Shown here one piece after another: positions 9,705 to 18,500 of a stretch of 50,215 nt of DNA; the stretch's first letter is position 1, and each line of letters starts with the position of its first letter. Position numbers and translations under genes: made by a program. Under the pieces are notes generated by a model. The model was not told the origin of the DNA. It made no database searches and saw only the letters and a program-made list of their open reading frames with translations. Location of the stretch: positions 1 through 50,215 of the forward strand of contig JAHFLU010000001.1 of assembly GCA_023264615.1 (NCBI GenBank), written 5' to 3'. The stretch comes from a bacterium. Its GTDB lineage: Bacteria > Patescibacteriota > Minisyncoccia > Phycocordibacterales > VMGT01.

Positions 9705-10502
9705 CTAATAATTATCAATTGGCATATCCGTTAATGTTTTGAGATAGATAGAGAAGTCATCTTCAGGAAATACTCCATAGGCATCCTGCGTCTCATTTTT
9801 TGTAAGCGGTACAATTGTCGCTTCAAATGGATTCGCATAGAGAGTTCCGGAACGGGAAATGTTGAGGGGTACGGGAGCCTGTATATTCTCTGTCGCCGCT
9901 CGCCCTGCATCCTCTGCCGGGGCAGTCGCCGATACAACCGATCCTGTTGTATCCTCTGTAAGCATATCAAAGTGCTGTTCTGTAACAGGTACAGAAAGGA
10001 CGTCCGATTTATCCGTTATTTGTATAACTTGATCATCTGGGAAAATTTCTGAGAGATTTTCTGTTCCTAGTTCATACAAAACTGCATCCGTACCAATAGG
10101 CGACACTATAAAAGAGCGGCCTGCAACAACGAGCAACACAGCGATTGCCCCAACCGAAACAGGAAAAAAGTAATGACGCAACGGAAACAGGGGAAAAATT
10201 CTGTACTTTGGCGTGTGTGTGTTTTTCTCTAATCGAGAATCTCTCGCTTCCTCATCTATGGATTTTTCAAAAGGAGCATTCAGTCGTACAAGAATCTGTT
10301 GTAAATGCTCGCGCGGAGGCACAATGACTTCCCGCACCTCGTCAAGAAGCCTAATGGTCTCGAGCAGCTCCCTTGCTTCATCGCGATTTTCTTCCGACAG
10401 CTCGAGAAGAACCTCTTCAGTGGTCATGCCCCGATCAAGCCGCTCGAGAATGCGGATCATATCAACATCCCCTATTGGATTATGCTTATTCAAATAATTC
10501 AT
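9705..10502 (-). CDS. Putative anti-sigma factor (cytoplasmic N-domain, single TM, extracytoplasmic C-domain)
   Basis: Start codon overlaps the sigma gene stop (ATGA). One TM helix (AIAVLLVVAGRSFIV). Position directly downstream of the ECF sigma gene. Confidence 0.55.
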   Translation of the reverse strand: MNYLNKHNPIGDVDMIRILERLDRGMTTEEVLLELSEENRDEARELLETIRLLDEVREVIVPPREHLQQILVRLNAPFEKSIDEEARDSRLEKNTHTPKYRIFPLFPLRHYFFPVSVGAIAVLLVVAGRSFIVSPIGTDAVLYELGTENLSEIFPDDQVIQITDKSDVLSVPVTEQHFDMLTEDTTGSVVSATAPAEDAGRAATENIQAPVPLNISRSGTLYANPFEATIVPLTKNETQDAYGVFPEDDFSIYLKTLTDMPIDNY

Positions 10503-11053
10503 GATGCTTTGTTTGAGGTATCGTCAGTTCGCCCTATTTTTTTGCGAAGTTCCCGAAGTCCGCGTGATGCAATCGCCCGCACGGCATCCTCCGACTTTTC
10601 GATCAGGCTTGCAATCTCGCGGTAAGAGCGTCCTTCAATAAACCGAAGTACGATAACATCCTGCTGGTCCTCTGAAAGGTCAAGAAGTGCTTTGCGTACC
10701 GCAAGTAATTGTTCGTTATACAGTTCTTTTTCCTCGTCCCGCGGTGCAAGTGCGACAGATTCGTCACGTATCGGCGTATCATCGAGAAATACTTCGCGCT
10801 TCTTTTTTCTATAGTCAAAGACAGAGTTCCGAGCAATCGTAAAAAGCCATGCCAAAAAAGGTCTACCCTGGTTTTCGTAGCGTGATACGGCTTGCCAAGC
10901 TTTAAGAAAAACGGTCTGTGTGATGTCATCAACGTCATGTTTGACACTAATACGGACATATATGTATCGATATATCGGGGCGAAATACAATGCATACAGT
11001 TCGCCAAAGGCCTGACTATCGCCATCGACTGCTTTACGTACTAATTCAGCCAT
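10499..11053 (-). CDS. ECF-family RNA polymerase sigma-70 factor
   Basis: Region 2 DVDDITQTVFLKAWQAVSRYE and region 4 LSEDQQDVIVLRFIEGRSYREIA. AGAGGA-aaat-ATG start at 11053. The ORF track's upstream start at 11074 is less likely. Confidence 0.85.
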   Translation of the reverse strand: MAELVRKAVDGDSQAFGELYALYFAPIYRYIYVRISVKHDVDDITQTVFLKAWQAVSRYENQGRPFLAWLFTIARNSVFDYRKKKREVFLDDTPIRDESVALAPRDEEKELYNEQLLAVRKALLDLSEDQQDVIVLRFIEGRSYREIASLIEKSEDAVRAIASRGLRELRKKIGRTDDTSNKAS

Positions 11054-11179
11054 ATTTTCCTCTTCTCGCGTCATACAATCTAACGATTATAGAATGATTT
11101 TATGACAACTCCAACCTTTCGCCTTACACAGATGAAGAGGTACGTTTGTTCCCAATAATTTGTCAAAGGATCGACAATA

Positions 11180-12484
11180 TTGTACAGTTTGGGCGGATTA
11201 GTGTCGCCCATAAACAATTTCCGTCAAGGACTAAAAAAAGTGCAAGAAGAAATCCTCCACCGTCTACGACCAGAATCTATTGCTATACATTATGGATACC
11301 TTCCACAGCTCTCCGAAGGTTCGGCTATTCCACCCGTTTTCGATAGTACCACCTACATCGCGAAAAGTGCGCAGGAACTTGAGCGTAAATTCATTCATCT
11401 GCGCAGCGGCAGAAAGGGCGAGCTCGTCTATAGTCGCCTTGGACAGCCAAATACACAAATACTGGAAGAACGCTACGCTGCAACATTTTATGGAAGCACT
11501 CTCTCTGAACCCGAAAGTTTGCTGACGTGCAGCGGTATGGAAGCCCTGGCACTTACGTTCGATGCATACCTTCGGCCCGGCGACCTTGTCCTCTATAACG
11601 AACCTCTCTATGGGGGTACGTTCGGCCATCTTAAGTGGCTTGAAAAACGATATGGGATTTGTTTACAGTCATTCAAAAACGCAGACGACCTGGCTGAAAT
11701 GAATCCTTCGGACGCACTGAAACTCATTTTTCTCGAGTCGCCGACAAATCCAACGCTTGAAGAAGTAGATATCGAGGCGTGCGCTGCTTTTGCTGCAAGA
11801 CATACCTCTATGCGTAGCGATAACCTCCAAACACTTCTCGTTGTGGATAATACGTTCATGACACCCTATCTCCAACAACCGCTCTCCTGCGGCGCTCATA
11901 TTGAAGTGCATTCTGCAACAAAATATCTCGGCGGGCATGGAGACCTCGTCGCCGGCGTCATATTCGGGAACAAGAAATATATTGCACCCATCCGCGCATT
12001 GCGCAGCCAGCGCGGCGGTACCATAGACGCTCGGCGCGTTGTTCGTCTTGCAAAGAGCCTTGAAACGCTCGCCATGCGTATGCAGCGGCATTGTGCAAAT
12101 GCAACACAGGTAGCACTCTTTCTTTCAAAACACCCGAACGTTGTCAACCTCCGATTCCTCGGCATGCTTCCAGAGCACAGTGAACAATTCCGCATTCACC
12201 ACAAGCAATCATGTGGTACAAGCGGTATGATATCCTTTGAGGTAAAAGGCGGTCTCAAGGCCACACGAAAATTCCTCAACAAACTGCGTATGATCATGCT
12301 TGCGGTGAGTCTCGGTGCCACGCACTCACTCGCCTGCCATCCCGCTGTGACAACGCATTCAGGTATCCCCGCCGCAGAGCGCAAGCGGATGGGAATTCCA
12401 AACAATCTCATTCGGCTTTCCGTCGGCACCGAGCATTACGCCGACATTATTGCAGATATTGAGCAGGCACTCGATAGTGCATGA
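11180..12484 (+). CDS. Cys/Met-metabolism PLP-dependent enzyme (methionine gamma-lyase / cystathionine gamma-synthase / O-acylhomoserine sulfhydrylase family)
   Basis: PLP-lysine motif HSATKYLGGHGDLVAGV. TTG start with AAAGGA 9 nt upstream. Confidence 0.85.
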   Translation: MYSLGGLVSPINNFRQGLKKVQEEILHRLRPESIAIHYGYLPQLSEGSAIPPVFDSTTYIAKSAQELERKFIHLRSGRKGELVYSRLGQPNTQILEERYAATFYGSTLSEPESLLTCSGMEALALTFDAYLRPGDLVLYNEPLYGGTFGHLKWLEKRYGICLQSFKNADDLAEMNPSDALKLIFLESPTNPTLEEVDIEACAAFAARHTSMRSDNLQTLLVVDNTFMTPYLQQPLSCGAHIEVHSATKYLGGHGDLVAGVIFGNKKYIAPIRALRSQRGGTIDARRVVRLAKSLETLAMRMQRHCANATQVALFLSKHPNVVNLRFLGMLPEHSEQFRIHHKQSCGTSGMISFEVKGGLKATRKFLNKLRMIMLAVSLGATHSLACHPAVTTHSGIPAAERKRMGIPNNLIRLSVGTEHYADIIADIEQALDSA

Positions 12485-12492
12485 AACACAAA

Positions 12493-12529
12493 TGCCCGTC
12501 AGTCAATCGACTGACGGGCACATTTTTTC
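12493..12529. terminator. Rho-independent terminator (tgcccgtcagtc aatc gactgacgggca + tttttt)
   Basis: Begins 9 nt after the TGA of the PLP gene. It lies between convergent genes. Confidence 0.7.
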
Positions 12530-13160
12530 AAGACGGTAAATCTTCGGGACCAACGCCAATCGTACGCATAATCTTTTCAAGCCGTTCATACGGACTTAGA
12601 CGTTTCTTCTTGTCATCTTTTCTCGGCATCTGTCCTTGTGTATCTGGCGGATTCACCCTCAAAAATTCTCCGGTGTAGGTATTGCGCAGTGTAAATCCCT
12701 TAGACCAGCTGATAACATCGTAGAGTTCACCGTGCCAGAAAACGCGCACCTTCTTTTCGACGGAAGCAATGACCGCTTCCAAAAGATCAATATATTCCGG
12801 CTCAAAGTCCAGATGTTTGAGAAAACGTTTGTTCACCTGCCAAATGAGCGTGGCAACAAGCGCATTTGCTTTCTCCGAAAAAAGCGAGTTCGCCTTTTTT
12901 TCGTTGCAATGCCTGCAGCTCGTTACAAGGTTGTTGAGTTGGAAGCCGCCCCCTTTGCTCGATGGTATGATGTGATCAAGAGAAAGAGTGTCGCTTTTGT
13001 TGGCACAATCCTCTTTACAATAGACACAGCGCAATTCATCGCGAAAGTATACAAGATACCGTATGATCAACTCAATTTTAGGACTCCCATGTATGCTTGC
13101 CCTCAACAACTTCACTATTTCTCTTTTTAATTCGCCGACATTTCTAAACGGCCGTGCCAT
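12528..13160 (-). CDS. HNH endonuclease domain protein
   Basis: CVYCKEDCANKSDTLSLDHIIPSSKGGGFQLNNLVTSCRHCNEKK is an HNH zinc-finger nuclease motif. GGAGA RBS 6 nt upstream of the ATG. Confidence 0.8.
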   Translation of the reverse strand: MARPFRNVGELKREIVKLLRASIHGSPKIELIIRYLVYFRDELRCVYCKEDCANKSDTLSLDHIIPSSKGGGFQLNNLVTSCRHCNEKKANSLFSEKANALVATLIWQVNKRFLKHLDFEPEYIDLLEAVIASVEKKVRVFWHGELYDVISWSKGFTLRNTYTGEFLRVNPPDTQGQMPRKDDKKKRLSPYERLEKIMRTIGVGPEDLPS

Positions 13161-13275
13161 GCAGAATCTCCATGCGACACACAGGCTCTAAGGGTTGTGG
13201 ATACAAAAAAAGCGTAAAGAACAGTCTTATTTTTCTATACAGTACAATGACATCTCCTGTCAAATATGCCGATTG

Positions 13276-13398
13276 GAGCTTGATGAATATTGCGATCTGC
13301 TTCGTTGTCTTCGTCGCTTAAACCCTCACCGTATCTAGTAGTACGCCTCGGGTTTTCGCTCCTTGACGCCTTGCATCTCATCAATATTCACCAAGCTC
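13276..13398 (+). mobile_element. 123-bp MITE-like element, copy A. TIR GAGCTTGATGAATATTG ... CAATATTCACCAAGCTC
   Basis: About 93% identical to the reverse complement of 39610-39732. It has 17-bp terminal inverted repeats. Flanks are cgattg / cgactg, a degenerate duplication. Confidence 0.75.
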
Positions 13399-13439
13399 CG
13401 ACTGTTATTCTTTCTGCAAACTTTCACGTAGACAGGCTC

Positions 13440-14258
13440 TTACTCTGCAGAAACAAATTTTTCAATACGGGAAGCAACATCGCTAATACGCGTATTTGCC
13501 TTGATGATGTAGTCAGTAATACCCAATTTCGTTGCCCGGGCAACATCTTGCGGTTGTCCAAGATTACTCAAAATAATAACCTTAACATCTTTCCACACGG
13601 GATGTTTTCGTATTGCCGCAAGAACTTCAAATCCTGATTTGCCCGGCAGCATAAGATCGAGAAGTATAAGGTCGGGAGGCTGTTTCGTAAGATAGCTTAA
13701 CGCCTGATCTCCATCCTGCGCTATCCACACACGAATCGATTGATTCTCTTCCAAAATATCTTGATACGCGTGTACAAGGAACAAATCATCTTCCACGAAC
13801 AAAACCACCTTTCTCTTTATACCTGAAATAACCTTCCGCTCCCGCATAGACGAACGAGCGGTGGTAGTCCCGTCAATCGGCTCTTTCTGTAAAACTTCTT
13901 CACCAAGCACTTTAGAAACCTTCGCAACCACTGCGTTAATAGATTCCATTCCTTTGATGATGTAGTCTACGGCTCCTTCCTGTTTCGCCCGATCGATGTC
14001 TTCTTCGCTGCCGATCGCCGAGAGAATAACGACTGGAATATTTTTCGTAGCAGCTGTTTGTTTGAGATCGTGTAAAATATCAAACCCGCTGCGCTCCGGC
14101 AGCATAAGATCGAGAAGTATGAGATCCGGTTTTTCTTCCGTCGCTTTCGCAACACTCTCCGCAGGGTGTATTGCCGTCGAAAACTCTGCATTTTTCATAT
14201 GCTGCTGCAAGATGCGTACAATAATAGCATTATCTTCAATTGCAAGAATTTTTTTCAT
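13440..14258 (-). CDS. Response regulator with two tandem receiver (REC) domains and no output domain
   Basis: The motif LILLDLMLP (phospho-acceptor Asp) occurs twice. Conserved Lys near the end of each REC. Start overlaps the HK stop (ATGA). Confidence 0.85.
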   Translation of the reverse strand: MKKILAIEDNAIIVRILQQHMKNAEFSTAIHPAESVAKATEEKPDLILLDLMLPERSGFDILHDLKQTAATKNIPVVILSAIGSEEDIDRAKQEGAVDYIIKGMESINAVVAKVSKVLGEEVLQKEPIDGTTTARSSMRERKVISGIKRKVVLFVEDDLFLVHAYQDILEENQSIRVWIAQDGDQALSYLTKQPPDLILLDLMLPGKSGFEVLAAIRKHPVWKDVKVIILSNLGQPQDVARATKLGITDYIIKANTRISDVASRIEKFVSAE

Positions 14259-15466
14259 ACATTCTGCGAGTGATCAGAGGGTATGGGCAATACAACGTAA
14301 AATGTCGTACCAACATTCTCTTTCGAAGTAAAAAAAATCCTGCCGCCTGAAGTTTCAATGATGTTTTTAATAATGAAAAGACCAAGACCAGTACCCGTGA
14401 TACCTTTTTGTTCGACATTCCTCCCGCGGAAAAAGTTATTAAACATGTCGGCCTGTTGATCCTCGGGAATGCCGAGACCAGTATCAACAACAGAAATAAG
14501 CAGGTGTTTGTCCTGTACCTCACTATTCTGTAGAAAATCTTCAATACCGAGGCTGTGTTCTGTCTTTTTTGCGAGATTACGAATCTCGGCACCGAGTGCA
14601 TAGCGTGCATCGATCTCCACAGAACCACGCGGATTATTATACCGAATCGCATTCACGAGCAGGTTCTGAAAAACATCATGAAAACGGGCGCTGTCCCCTA
14701 AAATTTTCATGGAGACTTCCGTGGGCGTGTTTTCAAAAACAGCAACAGATATATTCTGGCTCACGGCGAGACCTTTGACTTCGTTCCCAACCTCACGTGC
14801 GATCTCCCGCAGATCAATCTCCTCTTGTTTGAGCTTGAGTCTTCCCTCTTCAAAGCGTGCCACATCGACAAGCTCATTCACAAAATTCGTAAATCTGATC
14901 GACAGTTTAAGCAGATCTTCAAGCATTTCCTGGTGCTCGAGCGAAAGTCGGTTTTTTTCCGTCTGGATAAGCTCTATTCCCCATCGTATCGTACCAAACG
15001 GCTGGCGAAGCTGATGGGACACAAACGAGAGAAATTCATACTGACGCTTCCGTACTTTGATTTCGCTGCGTATATCACGAATCACAAGTACCATACCAAT
15101 CCACTCCCCCGTTTCATCATAAAGCGGCGTTGTCGTCGCATCGACAGGAAGAAGACCACCACGGAGCTGTACAAGTGACGTTCCTTCCGGAAGCTTAATT
15201 GAGCGATCACCTGTGAGAGATTCTCTGAAGTACCAGCTTAAATCGGTACTTTGGTTTTTGCCGACAAAACGAATAGATTCTTCAATGTGTTTCGACACAA
15301 GTTCGTCAGGCATATAGCCTGTGATCAGTTCAATCGCCGCATTTGCAAGGAGAACAACACCTGCCGTATTTGTCACAATAACCGCTTCGTGAATACTCGC
15401 AAGCACAGGCACGAGGTGCGTAAGATTTTCAAGGATCTGATATGTTTTGTGCTCCGCTGTCTCCAT
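14255..15466 (-). CDS. Cytoplasmic PAS-domain histidine kinase
   Basis: H-box FVSHQLRQPFGTIRWGIE, N-box LVNAIRYN, G2 box GTGLGLFIIKNIIE. No TM segment. Confidence 0.85.
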   Translation of the reverse strand: METAEHKTYQILENLTHLVPVLASIHEAVIVTNTAGVVLLANAAIELITGYMPDELVSKHIEESIRFVGKNQSTDLSWYFRESLTGDRSIKLPEGTSLVQLRGGLLPVDATTTPLYDETGEWIGMVLVIRDIRSEIKVRKRQYEFLSFVSHQLRQPFGTIRWGIELIQTEKNRLSLEHQEMLEDLLKLSIRFTNFVNELVDVARFEEGRLKLKQEEIDLREIAREVGNEVKGLAVSQNISVAVFENTPTEVSMKILGDSARFHDVFQNLLVNAIRYNNPRGSVEIDARYALGAEIRNLAKKTEHSLGIEDFLQNSEVQDKHLLISVVDTGLGIPEDQQADMFNNFFRGRNVEQKGITGTGLGLFIIKNIIETSGGRIFFTSKENVGTTFYVVLPIPSDHSQNV

Positions 15467-15572
15467 AAAAATGCTCGTATATTAACTATAACAAAAAATC
15501 ACACCCTCCCTCAATAGAAATGTGCATAAAACATTCGTATTCACGTGCTTAATTTTATAAAATAGAGCGTAC

Positions 15573-18500
15573 ATGCAGCGATTTGTCGTCGTGGTGCTTA
15601 TTGTTGCCATTGTGGTGTCACTTTTGCCGCCACCGCATTTTGCGTACGCCGCCACATTCATTGAAGATACACAAAGCGAATTCAATGCAGGAACGCACAG
15701 CAGCACTGTATGGGATACCAATCGTGTACAGCTCTCTCTCGGTAGTACATCGGGCACTTTTACATCACAGGTTCTTGATGGCGGGACGACAAACATTCCC
15801 CGATGGGACTCTCTCGCATGGACCGAAGGTATTACAACTACAGAAATTCTTGGCATTGATACAGCTTCTGATGTTTGGGCAAGTATCGGAACATCAACGG
15901 TGTGGCAACTTGCAAAAGACGACTACAATAGCACAAACGGCAATGGCGCAACTGACATGGCAATCGACGGAAGCGAGTCTGTCTATATCCTTCAGGCGCA
16001 AGATCTCTGGAAATCCACCAATCATGGATACTCATGGACATTTATAAATACCGACTACAATGGTGCAGGCAGCAGCGCGAATGGGATTAACATCGTAACT
16101 GACAACAGCAACAACGTATTTATTGTTGCCGGAAATGAAGACGTGTACAAATCCACAAATGGCGGTACATCATTTTCAAGTGTTGCTTCCAATTTCAACG
16201 GAGGGACGGGAAATGTTCAGGGAATGGTTGCTGTAGGAGCTAATCTCTTCGCTGTTGATGTCGGTGCCGATGTTTGGCAATCCACTGACAGCGGTGCCAC
16301 ATGGACCGCCCTCAATACGGATTACAATAGCACCGCCGCTAACGGCAATTCCGACGAAATGACGGCGGACAACAGTGGCAACCTCTATATCCTCGAAAGT
16401 CAGGATGTGTGGAAATCAACCGACAGCGGGACAAATTGGACAAAAGTCAACGACGACTACAATGGCAGCGAGTCGCAAAACGGCATAGAAATTGCAGGTG
16501 ACGCGAGCGGCAATCTCTACATCGTCGAAGGCGATGAAGACATCTGGAAATCCACTGATGGCGGGACAAACTGGACAAAAACTGCAACAAATATAAATGG
16601 TGCAGGTGGCAACTTCGCAGGCCTTGTGACCTTTACTGTTTCAGGCGATGTGACCATGCAAGTCCGCTCGGGGAGTGCAAATCCTCCGACCGGAAGTTTT
16701 CTTGGGCCTGATGGCAGCACAGGAACCAATTTTACAACACCCGGAGGGGAAACGGTCAGCGTTTCAAATAATCGCTATTTCCAGTATCGCATCACCTTTT
16801 CCTCCGACAGTGAAACATATTCTCCTACGCTGACTTCGGCCACCGTCACCTATACGCTTGTTGAGCCAATAACAGCAACCGCGTCCGTTGATACCACATG
16901 GATAAAGGGAGCCGAAACAAGTAAAAATATTATTTTTACGCTCAATAATAGCAGCGGCTCATCGGCAGCAATACAGTGGGTACGATTCACACGCCCCTCG
17001 GGCAGCTATACGATCACGGGCGGTTCCGCAAGCGGCTGGAGTTCCTCTGCAAGCGCTTCCGCCGTAACGTTTACCGGCGGTAGTATTTCTGCGGGAAGTA
17101 GTAAATCTTTTACCGTCATTCTTGATGCAGCGTCTACTGATGACGCATCGACAGCGTGGACAATCGCTGCGGACGACCAGTCTGACGGCGCAAGCACCGT
17201 CGGCATAACAGCCGCTTCAGGTAGCTCTATCAGCACCGGCATTGACGCAACGGCGCCGACAAATGTTTCTATTGCGTCAGTCAGCACTGATTCGCCAACG
17301 CAAGTAACAGCAACTGCCGCAAGTTCAACCGATTCCGCTTCGGGTGTACATTCCGCAACATATTGGTTCGATGAGACGACCGCAGCAGCAGGAGCCACCG
17401 ATTCCACCGCATGGCAAGGAAGCAAGGTCTACACTGATGCCGGTCTTACGACAGGAACACAATATTGCTATCGTGTCAAAGCACGCGATGCAGTCGGCAA
17501 CGAGTCCGCATACTCTTCGGCCTCGTGCGCCACACCTTCCGCTTCGGCAGATACAACGGCACCTTCCACAGTTACCAATCTCGCTGCCGGCTCACCCGCA
17601 GCTACGCAGATCACACTGACCTGGACCGCTCCGGGAGACGATGGCACTTCGGGTACTGCAACACGATACGATCTGCGGTACGCGACGTCCGCACTTACTG
17701 ACGGAACGTGGAGCAGCGCAACAGAGGCTACCGGCGAGCCAACACCTTCTGTTGCAGGATCATCCGAGTCGCTTACGATTACTGGCCTTTCAAACAGTAC
17801 CGGCTATTATTTCGCACTGAAAACGGAAGACGATAATGCCAATATTTCGGCGATCTCTAATATCACTGGAGCGACCACAACAGCACCATCCTCTGATACA
17901 ACAGCACCAACAATCTCAAACGTTATTGCAGGAAGTATCACTTCGACGACTGCTACTATTTCCTGGACAACAAACGAAGCTGCGGACAGCGAGGTTGAAT
18001 TTGGCTCGACTGCAGGATATGGCCAATCTGCTACGGAGGGTTCCTATGGCACCTCCCATACCATCAGACTCTCGAACCTCGCACCGAACGCCACGTACCA
18101 TTACCGTGTTCGTTCAAAAGACTCTTCAAATAATCTCGCATCCACAGCAGATTTTACATTTACAACAAATACTCTTTCTGAAAGCAGCAGCACGAGTGGT
18201 GGTTCCTCCGACAAAAGCGGGCCTATCATTTCTGATATCATCGCATCAACGACGTATAAAACAGCAATTGTCAGCTGGAAAACGCAAGAGAGCGCAACCG
18301 CACGTATTGAATTTGGCAAAACTTCGAGCTACGGAACATCTACAAAAGAAACAAAATTCTATGCAAACGAACACTCTGTTTTCCTCGATAGTCTTGAAGC
18401 AGACACAGAATATAACTTTCGCGTCATCTCGGCTGATCTCCTCGATAATGCTTCATTTTCAGACAATCAGAAGTTTAAGACCACGAAACTCCCTGCCCCC

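Noticed and set aside
13290-13637. 115-aa ORF MRSASLSSSLKPSPYLVVRLGF...
   Set aside because: It starts inside MITE copy A and continues antisense into the response-regulator gene. It is a repeat-derived spurious ORF.
17006-17425. Minus-strand 139-aa ORF, along with the others at 18799-19242 and 19151-19771, nested in the giant gene
   Set aside because: They are embedded opposite or out of frame within a 5.2-kb ORF that has coherent domain structure. They give low-complexity Ala/Val/Pro-rich translations typical of antisense frames.
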